A stretch of DNA of 64,000 bases from Gracilinanus agilis (Eukaryota): positions 526,548,576 to 526,612,575 of the forward strand of contig NC_058132.1 of assembly GCF_016433145.1 (NCBI RefSeq). Direction: 5' to 3'. The notes below the pieces were generated by a model. It was not told the origin of the DNA. It saw only the letters and a list, made by a program, of their open reading frames with translations, and made no database searches. The translations under genes were made by a program, and so were the position numbers. Each line of letters opens with the position of its first letter. Position 1 is the first letter of the stretch. Below, in pieces: positions 13,181-25,660 of this stretch.

Positions 13181-15082
13181 GGTTGTCTGCCATCAAGATT
13201 GTGTGAACTTCTTTCAAAGCTTAGCTCTAGTACCTTTTTCTATAGGAAAACCTGGGGCGGGGGGGGGGGGGGGAAGGGGTGCCAGGAAGAGAAGGGGCGG
13301 ATCCTTGAGAATAGGAACTCTGATGCTTAATAAATACTTGTTATATTGATACTGATGTCCATTGACTTTTTTTTATGCCGATCTGTTACTTCATTACAAA
13401 CTTTAATTGCTGTTAATATTTATTTCTTTAATGTAATTTAATTGATTTAATTAATATCATTTGCATGTTATCCTTGACTCTCCTTCTCTCCCCCTATCCC
13501 TTCTTCTCTCTTGTTGCCAAGTTTTCTGAACTAGATCAATTGAGTAACCTAGAAAGTTATAAGCTCCGTTGGGATAGAGATTATATTCTAAATATTGTTC
13601 ATTCCCTAGCACGTTAGGTCTTTAGACAAATCAGTAAATATTAAAGTGCTTCTTTTTATGTGCCAGGCATTGTAGTAAATTCTAGGGATTAAGAGAAATT
13701 AAAAATAGTCCCCAATTTCACAGAGTTTATATAACCCAATGATACACATACATGTTTAGGCACACACATATGTCTCTCTATATATAGATATGACATATGT
13801 ATAAAATGAGTACACATAAGATAAGCACAAACTAAATGGAAATTGGCTAACCTTAGAAGAAAAAGCATTATCATCTGATGGGATCAGGGAAGGCCTTTTT
13901 GAAGGAGAGATGATGCTTGAGTTTCAAAGAAATCAGGATTAAAAAAAGTTTTTTTTAATGTGTTATCATTTCTTCCCACTACCTTCTTTCCTCAATTATA
14001 TAATTAAAAAGCCCTAATAACAAATATGCATTGTAGTATAGCAAATAAATGAACACTTTGGCCATGTCCAGAAATGTATGTCTCTTTTTACATTTTAAGT
14101 CCATTACTTCTGGCAAAGTGAGTAGTGTTATTCATCCTCAGTCCTCTTGACTCATGATTTTTCATTACATTTATCAGAGTTCTGAAGTTACTCTCTCTCT
14201 CTCTCTTTCTCCCCTCCCCTCTCCCCATTAGTTCTTAGTGGCAGAAGCCAGGAATTTTAAGGTTCAGAGATAGATGATTAGGAAAAGCATTTCACATATG
14301 GGGGACAGCCAATGTAAAGGCATGGAGGTGGGAACTGCAAATTAATATATAAAGAACAGTAAGTGTGACTCAACCATTACTGAAGGGAATAATGTCTTAG
14401 GTACTTACTAAATGTTGAATGAATGGATCTTATCTGCTTTCTTTACAACTGAGATCATCTTGCTTGTGGAGTGTGTACTGATTTCCAATGGCACCTGTAC
14501 CTTTTATGTTGGCTTGACTTTGTTACAAGTTTACTCAGATCATTTTTGTGAACACAAAGCAGTAGTATGTTGATGAAAGTAATAAACTCTTTAAAGTTCC
14601 TTGCAGTTAGATTTCTGAAAGAATCTTTTCAGTCGTTTGAGAAGTAAATGACCTTTCAGTTCAACATTTCCTGATGATAACTACTTGGGAAAATGAAGGC
14701 CTAAGGATTTTCAGTCCAACAATTTGTTAATTGCATGGTACTGTCCAGACTCCAAGGATTACTTATTTATTATAAGCTATTTAGTTTTTAAAAACTGATA
14801 CTTATTGGGATAACATAAAAGTTTTAAACGTCAGATAGCATTGTAATAACAGTGAGGAGTTTCTGTTGAGATCAGATAATCTATTGTGTTTATGATATCT
14901 TACTGAGTCACTTTGTGAAGGAATTGTGATTTATTTTTAGGAGCTATGATTTCAAGTTGAAAATTTCTACCAACTTTATATAACTTAGTAGTTAAGTCAC
15001 AGGTAGTTGCCTTGAAGTTCATAAGTTGGCCGAAGTCACACATAGTTATTAGATTTGAAACTAAGTTTTACTGATTCCCAGG

Positions 15083-15312
15083 AAGGGCAGCTAGATGGCA
15101 TCATAGAAAGAGCACTGGACCTGTAGTCAGGAAGATTTGAGTTCAAATGTGATTTCCGATACTGTGACCCTGGGCAAATCGTGTAAGCCTGTTTGTCTCA
15201 GTTGTCTCCTCTGGAGAAGGAAATGGCAAACCAATCCAGTATCTTTGCCAAGAAAACCCTAAATGGTATCACAAAAAGTCAGGCAACAGAATGAAATGAC
15301 TGAACAACAACA
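15083..15312 (+). mobile_element. MAR1 CORE-SINE with RTE-type tail
   Basis: gggcagctagatggc...ctggagaaggaaatggcaaaccaatccagtatctttgccaagaaaaccc...gactgaacaacaacaa. Confidence 0.85.
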
Positions 15313-16350
15313 ATTTTCTGATTTCAAGTTCAGGGCACTTAATACACTTTGCTTTTTCTATGATGCCTCTATCTTACTAACGCAATAGATATTTGAGTAA
15401 AGTAAATATCATATCAAAAGCATTGTCTATAACTGTGTTCAATAATCTGGCTATTTCACCCACATTCTCTAATCTACTTTCAACTCCCACTAAAAAAAAC
15501 CTTTGTACAATTTGCTTGTTTTTTTTTTTTTTGTTGTTGTTTTGTTTTGTTTTGTTTTTCAGAGCATGCCATGTTTAATTCTTTAGAAGGGAAAAGTTGC
15601 TAGCATCTTTGTTTTTTAAAGAACATAGATTCACATCATAGGTTTTAGGATTACAAATTTGGAACTGGAAGGGATCTTAAAAGACACCCAATCCAGTCCT
15701 TCCAGGAGGCCTACAGAGGTGGGTGACGTGCCCAAAGGATTAGTATTTGAATCCAAGCTCTCCAGCTCCAAAACTAAATATCCTTTTTTTCACTGCTTTA
15801 CACTGTCTCTCATATAGTTTTGCAGGACAGCTGAAAAACTTGAGAAATGATGTAATGGAAAGAACATTAGGTCTAAATTTCAGAATTAAAAGACTGGTTC
15901 ATGCTGTAGAGGCAAGGCCCTATTTCAGATGGGAATTAGTGTAGATGACTTCTTAGGACCCGAATAGCCTAGAGGTTCTATGATTCGAAGTCTCAGTTCC
16001 GTCACCAACTGGCCATATATGATTTTGTGGTGAGGGGTCAGGGGGAGTGTATTTGGTTTCCTCATATCCCAAAACAGGAATAAAATTTACACTAATAATT
16101 CACATATATAGAGCACTTTATCCCTTTATTTCATAATTCACAGTCACATATCACCACGGGAAGATCTTGATACTATGAATAGTGAGCCTTTATTTCAGAA
16201 AAAAAACTTGGGGATTCTCCAAAGCACTATGCAGTTTCCTAAAAATAGTCATAGGCCGAGTTCATTTCTCCCTATAGAATCAGTCCATATATAGATGAAC
16301 TTGGCCCAGCTCTATAATCTCTGGGTCTACTTGTATATCATAATCTAGGA

Positions 16351-16553
16351 CAGTGATGGGCAAACTTTTTAAAGAGGGGGCCAAAGGAAAGGAAATGCTC
16401 ATCTGTCAGTCTGTTTCTAAGGCAACTCTTTCAAAGTTTCATTGTATTGTGTCCTACTCACTGTATTCGTCAGATTAGGAATAATGTCGCGCTGCAGATA
16501 GAACATTTCAGGGGGCTGCATCTGGCCCTCGGGCCGTAGTTTGCCCATCACTG
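16351..16553. mobile_element. Non-autonomous hAT (Charlie-like) MITE, 203 bp
   Basis: Perfect 15-bp TIRs cagtgatgggcaaac / gtttgcccatcactg; 8-bp TSD atctagga/gcctagga (6/8); second copy at 45485-45689. Confidence 0.92.
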
Positions 16554-16805
16554 GCCTAGGAAGTAGGCATTCTTGATTTTCTGATTTTTGTCTGGATAGG
16601 TTCAGGTCTCTCAAAGAGAAAGAGCAATGAAGAGATATCTATTATAGATGTAGAACGACTTTCGTTTTAACAACAAAGAGCTATTTCAGGGGCAGGATAA
16701 AAGATCGTTATTAAAAAAAAAAAGTATGCCTAGAAAAAGCAGTGTGAGAGGAACCAGATGGATAGCTCATTCTCCATTGGTACCCACATGTCAGTAGATC
16801 TAGAG

Positions 16806-16971
16806 CAGGGGTCAGCAACGTATGGCTCTTTCTGCAGGAGCCATAAAGTCAATTTTTTTTCAGGCGCTGTTACAGGAGCGGCACTGTGAGCACTGTACGG
16901 CTCTCACGAAATTGCATTTTAAAAAATGTGGCATTTATGGCTCTCACAGCCAAAAAGGTTGCCGACCCCTG
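16806..16971. mobile_element. Non-autonomous hAT MITE, 166 bp
   Basis: TIRs caggggtcagcaacgt / aggttgccgacccctg (14/16); perfect 8-bp TSD atctagag at 16798-16805 and 16972-16979. Confidence 0.95.
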
Positions 16972-17545
16972 ATCTAGAGGAAGTCTCTTAAGTGTATGGT
17001 GGGAATTCCTGGAAAGATCTATGGGAACACATGGACAGAAGTTGTACAGGATGAGAGAGCATGTGATCTGTAGCATTAGAAGGGGAGTCATTCAGTGAGG
17101 TTGCAGATCTATAAAAGAATTGAAGAGTAGCATTTTATAATTCCATAGTACTTTGCATATACAGAATATGAATTCTGATTCAGGAATCTTGTTAACAATA
17201 ATAGTTTTCATTAAGTATAGCACTTTATAATTTACAAAGTACTTTGCAAGCATTATCTCATTTGATGATCTCTGTAACCCTGAAAGATTGGAAATTTCTT
17301 ACTCCATTTTACAGATCATGCAATTGATGTTTGGAGACTATAGATGAGTTAATTAGTGAAAGTCACATAGCAGACCTGTGATCCAAAACACAATCCTGTT
17401 TGTGGAACTGCTTCTGGGATCAAAGTCAATTTAAATGCTCTTTTTTACATCATTCTTGGCAAGATGCAGAGGTCTTCCATATGGAAGAGATTTAACTATA
17501 TAGGTTGTCCCCTTTCATTATAATAATTTGTAGTCTCTTAAATTT

Positions 17546-17613
17546 AATTTGTATTTACAAATTTGCATTTACAAATATTTTTATTTGTATTTCAAATTTG
17601 TATTTACAAATAC
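17546..17613. repeat. Degenerate ~14-bp AT-rich minisatellite (aatttgtatttaca)n
   Basis: About 4 imperfect, near-palindromic units visible. Confidence 0.7.
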
Positions 17614-18186
17614 ATTTTATTGTTGTAGTAACCAAGGGAGGGTTGGTGCTATTATTATCCCTATTTTTAGATAAGATAGGGGAGAGCCTGAGAGCTTTAG
17701 GCTTTTAGTTGAGAAAAGTTGAGTGATCTAACCAGGTCACATAACTAGGAAGTATCTGAGACTGGATTATGAACTTAGGTCATCCTGATATAGGTTCAGT
17801 ATTCTATGTCCTGTACCACTTAGAATAGTTTTGGGCTTCATGGATGAAGTAGCTTCACTTTGCTTAAATAGAGGGAGTGGTGGAAATGTTACATGTGTGC
17901 ACTATCAGAACCAAAGGCACTAGATTATCATTTTGTATATATAGAGAACACTTGGCAGACTGACCTGGCTAGAACAGGAAGTAATGGGAAGCAAGATTGG
18001 ATGCCTAGTATAGAATAGAGATGGAAGTTTTTTTTGTTTCCTTAAATGATGGAATCTTCATTCTTTGATTTATAATTTCATTGGTATTGGCACGCAAAAA
18101 AAAGTAGTCATAAAATGACCAAAGATAGAATTTTGAAAGCTTCAGCCTCTGTATATAATCTTTAGCAACTTCAAGTAGACAAAGAA

Positions 18187-18651
18187 TGTAAAGGCCAGCT
18201 TTACAAATTACTTGTGGGTTGACAAACCAGGATGAGAGAAATGATTCTGGGATTATAGGAGGGTCAAACTGACAGACGGGCAGACAGACATGAAGAATTC
18301 TCTTGCTGAGCACTGACAAAGTTTAATGATTTCAGGTACATGCTTATAGGGAAAATGATATCGGCTAAGGGATTTTGTAAGCTTCTTGCAGGGACAGTGG
18401 TTAATAATGATTTACAAGATAGAGACAAAGGATGTAGATTACCTCAGTGATTCTAAACAGAATTTTCTATAGGATAATAAATCACAGGTAAATATGTAAC
18501 CATCTAGTCCAGATTCTCAGGGAAATGTTTGTTTCAGTGGGTAGAACAAGAACAGCCAGGAACACCCAAGAACTTATCAGGTGCTTTGGGTGAGATCATA
18601 TACATGCCTAGCACTAGCTAGCTGATGGCTCTGATTTTACTGGGTTCTACA
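18187..18651 (-). mobile_element. Solo LTR, 465 bp
   Basis: tgta...taca termini; flanking direct repeat aaagaa; minus-strand ATTAAA; shares blocks (ttttctatagg..ataaatca...aatatgtaaccatcta) with 28494-28957. Confidence 0.8.
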
Positions 18652-19361
18652 AAAGAATAAGCACATCCAATTGGCAGAGGGTGGGTTTATGAAGTCTAGA
18701 AGACTACTTTCGTGGAAATGAAGAAAACCTGGAGCAATGCATATACCACCACAGGTGAGCTAACTGGGAGGAGCAGGCAGACCCTGCAAACACAATGAAA
18801 CTGAGCAATTTTAGTTCAGTAACTGAGCAGGAATTCCTGGTGAAGATAATAATTCTTAGTACCTCTAAATATTGTTTGTCTAGAGTTATAGTTATTTTCA
18901 AAGGTTCAAACCTAAGTTTCTTCTCTGGTTTCTCTATTTGCTTACATTCAACAGCTCCAACTCCTTCCCACTAAACTATTTACACAAAAGGTCATTACAA
19001 ATAATAAAGAACAGATTATCTTAGTAAAGTAGCAAACAAATTGGAGAAATTCTACAAATGACAATATACTAAAATATACACAGGATTAAATAAAACATTT
19101 TGCTGTAAGATAATATCTCAAATGATAGAGAAGCCTCAATGTCACCCAGAAGGAAAGTCTCCAAAACTTTTGAAGCAGGTAAGAAATAGGAACATGTTGA
19201 GGAGCCAACTTCCCCTGCAAGACTGCAGCTCACATTTCTATACTCAGCACACGGTTCCCCCCTTCCCTCTAGATTAGGTAGAAATTGAGTCACACACACA
19301 CAAAAAAGACCAAAACTTAAGACAAGTATTTCTACTCCCTTTCATCTACTCAAGAGGAAGA

Positions 19362-20493
19362 TTGTAGCCATAACTGGGGGGTGGGGGTGGGGGTGGCATT
19401 TGTTGGTATTTGAGAACATTGAATGGTCAGTTTTTGCTGTTGATTGTCATTGATAATTTTTTGTTGATTTTTATTTGACCAAAGAGCAAACTAAAATATT
19501 AGTACAGAAAACTTTTTGAATTTTTCATGTATGCTAATTTTGCTTGTTAGAGAAAAAATTTTTGAAAATCACTTCCCTGATTTTTGTTGTTAGGATTTAT
19601 TTTTGAGGGAGTATTTATTAGCTTTTCTCCTTTTGAAGATTAATTTTTGCTCTGCTTTTTTTCTGACTAATTAGGAAGGGGGAAGCTTAGAAGTAGTTGA
19701 TGGGGACAGAATTTTTAGAATAAACTATTAGGGAAATGGTTTATAGCCTATTATGGTTTCAGAAAGTCCTGTGTGTGGATGTTTAATCTCTGGGGTCAGC
19801 AAGAAAAATTTCCCAGGGAATAGTATTGCATAATTGCTCACAGATGGGGCCTGTCATCTCTTTAAAGAGATTAAGGGAAGGTGAGGAAAGATTACCTACC
19901 CAGGGAAGCTTATCTTGACATCAGTAGAGACTTCCTTTTGATGCTCCATAAAAGGGTACCACAGATTCAGGAACATAACTGTAAGAAGAGAGTGGTACAT
20001 ATATATTTAAGCACCTTATTCCTCTGTAACAAATTACTATGAGTACAAGAATTCCAACTTTTGAAAGGCTCTTCTATTGCCATGTGTTAAGAAGTCTTGT
20101 GGGCCAGAACACTAATGGAGCCAGAAAGGTTTGTTTGTTTTTTATTAATCCCTACACTCTCCCCAACTAATACCAGCTAGGACTGTTGTGATTTGAGGAG
20201 TAATCAAGCAAGCTGAGGGCAAATTGAGTTAACTTTGCTTCCAGGTGTATTGATCTGGAGCTTTGCTCTCGGTCCTGGGGGCAAAAAGTTTTAGGAGTTG
20301 GGAGATGTAGGAAATCTTCTTGGCAATTGCTTTTAGTCTCTTCACTAGTGGCTTTTATTTGCCTTGATTGTTTTTTACTATCTGGTAGCTTACATTTTCT
20401 CTGGGGATTGTTGAATACTTTTACTAAAGTGATTGTTTATCTGAACTTTTAGACTCTGGAGTGACCCGAGTTAAAGTGGGACAAGTTATTACA
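19362..20493 (+). mobile_element. Probable LTR-like element (left boundary uncertain)
   Basis: Ends ...gttattaca, internal tatatatttaag TATA-like box, LTR-like composition; no TSD found. Confidence 0.3.
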
Positions 20494-21399
20494 AATAGCG
20501 ATACTAGTCTTAATTTGAAGTTGTTTTCTACTGTTAGACAAAAAAAAATCCTGGCGGATTTCTAGAGGGGACATTTCAATTGAATATTAAACTGCTACTA
20601 TAGGCATATGGTTGTGCTCAGTTTAAGGATACATTGATAAGCTGTGCCTACCGACTGGGAGCTTACTATCTTTTGGGAAGATTTTACATGCACATAAATA
20701 TGTGAATATAAAGAGAATAATCTGCATAAGGTTTGGTAAATATTAGATTAAGTCAATAAAGTTTAAGTAGGAAAAAAGGTCACTTTTCTAATTTTTGTTG
20801 AAGGTAGGCATGCTTTTCTGTCCTTGACTTGCCATCCTGACCACCCATTTAACAACAACTCTTGGATTAAGCCTACTTTTGGTCCTTCCAAGAAAACCTA
20901 TGATGTTCTCTAAGGTCAGTGGCTTTAACTTGCTTTCAACATCCAATAAAATGTCCAGCGTTTTTGTATCATTAACTAGGCAGCTTATATTTTAAAAAAT
21001 TGTTGATGTGGTGTCTTTCTTTTGACATATTGCAGCCTCTTCATATTGGTTGCACCACTCCCAAGAACCATCTCTTTTAACAAGTAAAGCTTTAAAGAAA
21101 AGAAAAACATTGACCATGTCTCAAAATATGCTAATTTCCATAACTGTAGTCCACCTCTTCTTTTTTCTGATTCAGCCAACAAACATTTAAGTGCTTGTCT
21201 ACTCTGTGCCTGGAACTGCTGGGTTGGTAAAGTAAAATAGTTCCTGACCTTAGTGACCTTATCCCTCTATCATGTAGATAACTATGCACATATAAGATAT
21301 ATTATAGGTAGTTGAAGGTGATTTTGAAACTGAATCTTGAATGACGCCAGGGAAGTCAGAAGGTGAGGAGAGCCAGCATTCTAGGAATGGGGGCTAGCC

Positions 21400-23000
21400 A
21401 ATAAAGAGAAATTGGGTTTGCGAGATGACTTTAGCATTATGATTAGTTGCTGTGTAAACAATTCTAAATTATTTTATTATGTTATTGTTGTTATTGAGTA
21501 CATTGTTCTCCTGCCTCTGCTTATTTTCTTCAAGCCCTTTCAAGTTTCTTTCAATTTTTCATATTCATCATTTCAGATGTTTTAATTATTTTCCATTATA
21601 CCATTTCTAAACTACATTTTGTATAGCTTTTTCTCAATCGTGGACAGTTTCTTTCTGGTAGTTTCTTTGGGTTAACATAGGTACAGTTTAGTGACTATTT
21701 CTTAGTATGATCTCAAGGTAGTTAAACCAATTAAGAGCTTCATCAATAGTCTATTAGCCTGTCTAGTCTCATAAAACCTTTTCAACACTTGTCATTTCCC
21801 TTTTCTGTAATCATTGCCAGTGTGATGAGTATATGATGCAGTTCTGTAGATTAAATTTGCCTTTGCATTTATTCATTTGAAAGCTGGTTATTATATCCTT
21901 TGACTATTAAGCAATTAGAGAATTGCTCCAAATATGTCTATATAAAATTTTAAAATAGCTTGGATATCATATCTTGATCAGAAAAATTAGCTGTGATCAT
22001 ATTTTGCAATTTTTATTTTAGTTGTACTTAATTTTGCTTGTGAAAAAGCTTTCAATTCTTTGTAAAGTTCTACTTTATCTTTTATGATAAAATTCTGAAT
22101 TTAATAAACACTGAATAAAATAAGCACTTCCATAGAACAGAATGAGGCCATGAATCTTTTATTTAGTTTGTTTTTCCTCTTAAGCACATTAAGTTATCAT
22201 GGAGCTTTGAAATCCATCCAACTTGATTCTGTTTCCTTTTGGCCTTCCTAGGTTATTGGCATCCTTAAAAATGCCTTACTGGACTGTCCTCTTAGGAAAA
22301 AAAAATCAATCCAATGATCCTCTCCCTTATATTAAAAAATAAATAAAACAAAACCCTTATAACAAGTATGCATGGTCAGGGAAAACTTTTTAGACATTGT
22401 CATCTTAGAAAATTCTTATTCTGACCCTGAATCCATCACTTATCATCTTTCTCTGCCTTGAAGTCCCTTTGCACGGTTCCTCATTGTTCTGATGCAGTCT
22501 CTTGGGAATAGTTCTCGTTCTTATGTATTTGTAAATTCTTAATATACATTAGATAAGTGAGTTTTATCAAAATTTGCTATAAAGATCTTTCTCAAGCTTT
22601 CCACTTTAATTCTTAAACTATGGTTATTTCATTTGTACAAAAGGTTTTCGATTTTGTGTTATGGAAATTGTATAATTTATCTTTTATAATCACCTCTATT
22701 CCTTAGGTTATAATTTTCTCCTTAGCTATAATTATGAAAAGTATCTTCTCCCTTCTATGATTTTTTTATATAAACTTTTATTTTTATATCTTGTAGACAT
22801 CTTCTCTTTTTCCTTTCATTTCTACCATAATACCTTCCTGGTTTTGTACCAAAAAAGCCCAACTTTTTGTAGATATCAGCCATCTAGCCCTCTCTTTTAC
22901 TTTGGCACAATAAACAGGCTAAAACCTTCCATGTTGAGAGAAAATTTTGTCAGTTTAGTTTTCATTTTTATTCTTTTGTTTCAGAGATGGCTGTTTTGCT
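21400..23000 (-). mobile_element. Patchwork of highly decayed L1 fragments
   Basis: T-rich antisense L1 ORF2/3' UTR-like text (e.g. tgccagtgtgatgagtatatgatg, catttgtacaaaaggttttcgattttg); approximate. Confidence 0.45.
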
Positions 23001-23019
23001 TTTAAAGAAAATTTTTTGC

Positions 23020-23180
23020 TATGTATTGGTTCTAAAGCAAAATAGTGGTAAAGGCCAGGCAATGGGGGTTAGGTGACTTGCCCAGGGTCTCACAGCTAGA
23101 ATGTATTTGAGGCCAGATTTAAACCCAGACCCTCCTGTTTCTAGGCCTGCTTCTCTATCCACTCGACCACCTAACAGCTC
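23020..23180 (-). mobile_element. Older SINE1_Mdo-type SINE
   Basis: ggcaatgggggttaggtgacttgcccagggtctcacagc...gaggccagatttaaacccag. Confidence 0.8.
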
Positions 23181-23522
23181 CATAAAAAAAAAAAAAAAAA
23201 TTTTTTTAAGGATATCTGGCCATTTTTGAGTCTTGAGAAACTAAAGAAGTTTGGGGATTCATGTGATCATAATTCTAACAAGGGAATGGTACTCTGATTC
23301 AACTCCTTTTAATTCTAGACTGACCTCCAATTAGCAGAAGTTTTACTGATAGTAGGTTTGCTTTAATGTGTTCACTGTTCAGTAGTTATTGTGACAGTTT
23401 CTTATTCCTTTCTAAATTGAACCTCCTAAATGGAGTTATAAAATCCTGTAGCTCCAAATTATGTTCAGAAAGAAGCCTTTATTTTTTTTTTCCTTAAACT
23501 GCTTTTGTATTTTCTTTTCTAG

Positions 23523-23579
23523 GATACCAAATTGTGGATAATAATGGAATATCTTGGTGGAGGCTCTGCACTAGATCTG
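23523..23579 (+). CDS. STK24: STK24/MST3 coding exon (human exon 3 equivalent), 57 nt, phase 0-0
   Basis: ttttcttttctAG|GATACC...GATCTG|GTaaat; translates DTKLWIIMEYLGGGSALDL (kinase hinge). DTKL start fits STK24 rather than STK25 (STKL) or STK26 (GTKL). Confidence 0.97.
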
Positions 23580-23677
23580 GTAAATATAATCCTAAGAGTT
23601 TCCTCATATAACATTTTCTTAGGAAAACTTGGGGTGGGGGTTGGCTATAGTTAAATTTCCATTTCCTCCTGTCATTT

Positions 23678-24159
23678 TGTAATAGTAATATTTACATCAG
23701 AGGGGAATACCTCCTCTCTCCCCACCCCCACCCCCTTGCTCTTAACAGAATTATTTACCATAGCTTGTCATAGTCAGAACCCCTTCCTTCTAGGGTCATG
23801 AACTTCCTGAACTTCCTTCTCATCTGACCCATCCCATTTGCATGTCTGCATGTCACATGAATGCTCCAAACAGGGTCACAGGTGAAGAGTCCTAGGAACA
23901 TGACCCAGAACTAAAGGTTACAGGTCTTGGTCAAAAGAGAGGATAAGAGCAGGGTGCGAGGGGGTTCTTGCTCTCTACTTCCCTGGTTGGTGGAGCGAGA
24001 GGCTGGTGGAGAGTCATGCAGGAAGATCAACTCGTGGTTAGACTTAAAGAGTAGAAAAATAGGCTTTAAACCTCTACCTATTTGCTTTCTTTATTTCGAA
24101 TGATTATTAATAAACTTTATGGAAATTATGAACTTGGAGTTTGTAATTTAACTTTAACA
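23678..24159 (+). mobile_element. Solo LTR, sense to STK24, ~480 bp
   Basis: tgtaatag...tttaaca termini, ggataagag TATA-like box, AATAAA at 24109-24114; TSD not resolved. Confidence 0.7.
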
Positions 24160-24261
24160 CAGACTGAACCCAATTATTTCCCAATAGATATTGCTTCTGA
24201 ACTCAATTTATTTTTTATAGATGTTATCAAATGAACCCATTCCTCAAAACAGTTTTTCCCA

Positions 24262-24474
24262 GGGGTAGCTGGGTAGCTCAGTGGATTGAGAGCCAGGCCT
24301 AGAGATGGGAGATCCTAGGTTCAAATCTGGCCTCAGACACTTCCCAGCTGTGTGACCCTGGGCAAGTCACTTAACCCCGGTTGCCTAGCCCTTACCTCTC
24401 TTCTGCCTTGGAGCCAATACACAGTATTGACTCTCAAGACAGAAGGTAAGGGTTTAAAAAAACACAACAACAAC
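24262..24474 (+). mobile_element. SINE1_Mdo-type SINE, full length, 15-bp TSD
   Basis: TSD aaacagtttttccca at 24247-24261 and 24475-24489; A box tagctcagtgg, B box ggttcaaatc; A/CAA-rich tail. Confidence 0.93.
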
Positions 24475-25289
24475 AAACAGTTTTTCCCAAATCAGGTGAC
24501 CTATTTATATCCCTGACTGAAGACCTAGTAATGATAGTGATTTTCATCCTTCATATACCTGACTATCATACCATTACATCTGAGCAAGTTACTGTACTAT
24601 CTGAATGATGTTTCAAAAGTAAATAGAATTTTTTTCTATTTTGAAGGACCATCCCTTAAGATAATGGGGAAAACCTGGTTAGACTATCACTGGCACATGG
24701 CTATTTCTTTTGTCACAGCTTATAACTGATATTGCACTGAATTTTATGTGATTTTTTTTTTTGGAGTTGGAGAGTATGGCCTCCTATTCACAAACCTTCC
24801 TTTAGATCTTTTTAAGGATTTTACTTTGATAGGGATAGGAACTGGACTGATGATTTTACTAGGCTAGGGAACTCTTAGATGGAGACTCTCCCTCCACCAG
24901 TTCTTGGCTACTTAGGTCTTTGAGAGTTGCTTTTTGAGCACTAAGAGTTGCCCAGGTAACATAGTAAGCAGTAAGTATACACATAGTAAGTAGTCTGAGA
25001 GGCTACACTTGAACCCGTCTTCCTTGCTTTGAGGCTGGTATTCTGCCTGTTGTGCTACACTACTTTTCTTAGATTGAAATGTAAAAATATATTGGAGGGT
25101 TGGGATTAATTTATAGTTACAAAGATAGGGGAAAATGTACAGGATTTTAAATTTGTAACAAATTTAAATCAAGGTTTTCCATACACATGTCGAGTCATGG
25201 ATACTTGACATTTCTCAGTTTATCTTTTTTTGACTGAACTCTTGATGTTTCTAGTCCTGTAGCTCAGTTGACTAGCCTCGTCTTATCCA

Positions 25290-25660
25290 AGAGGAGTGCC
25301 CCACATCTGCAGCTGATGCAAATTCTTTTTGGCAAGGTCATTAGTAATGATCTGTTTATGGAAGTTTCAGCCTTCCTTAGGCACCTATTTCTCAGACCTC
25401 TACAAGCAAGCTCTCTTCCAAGGTTTCCAACAGTCAGTGAATGAGTAGTTGTCAGTTGTTTCCCCTAGTATAACCTCTCTGGGCATGGACCCACAGGCAT
25501 TTGGCGGCCTTCAAGTGCCTTCTCTAATTAACCCATACAGGTTTTCTCCCCTGGGCTTGGGCTATCCAGCACTGACCTGATATTCCACACTTCTGGAGAT
25601 GGCAGTGGGTCTTGTGCTTTCCCGGTACAGATATTCTAGCTAGTAGTACCTGGTTCTGCC
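25290..25660 (-). mobile_element. Probable RTE-derived 5' fragment (RTE-SINE-like)
   Basis: ggcatggacccacaggcatttggcggcc...ctgggcttgggctatccag resembles recalled marsupial RTE 5' sequence. Confidence 0.4.

Noticed and set aside
1-23522. STK24 exons 1-2 or a promoter/CpG island
   Set aside because: No GKGSFGEV/VAIK-encoding segment and no CpG-rich island found; these lie upstream of the window.
24262-24340. tRNA genes suggested by A/B-box motifs (also 26319, 39170)
   Set aside because: These are SINE heads without a complete cloverleaf.
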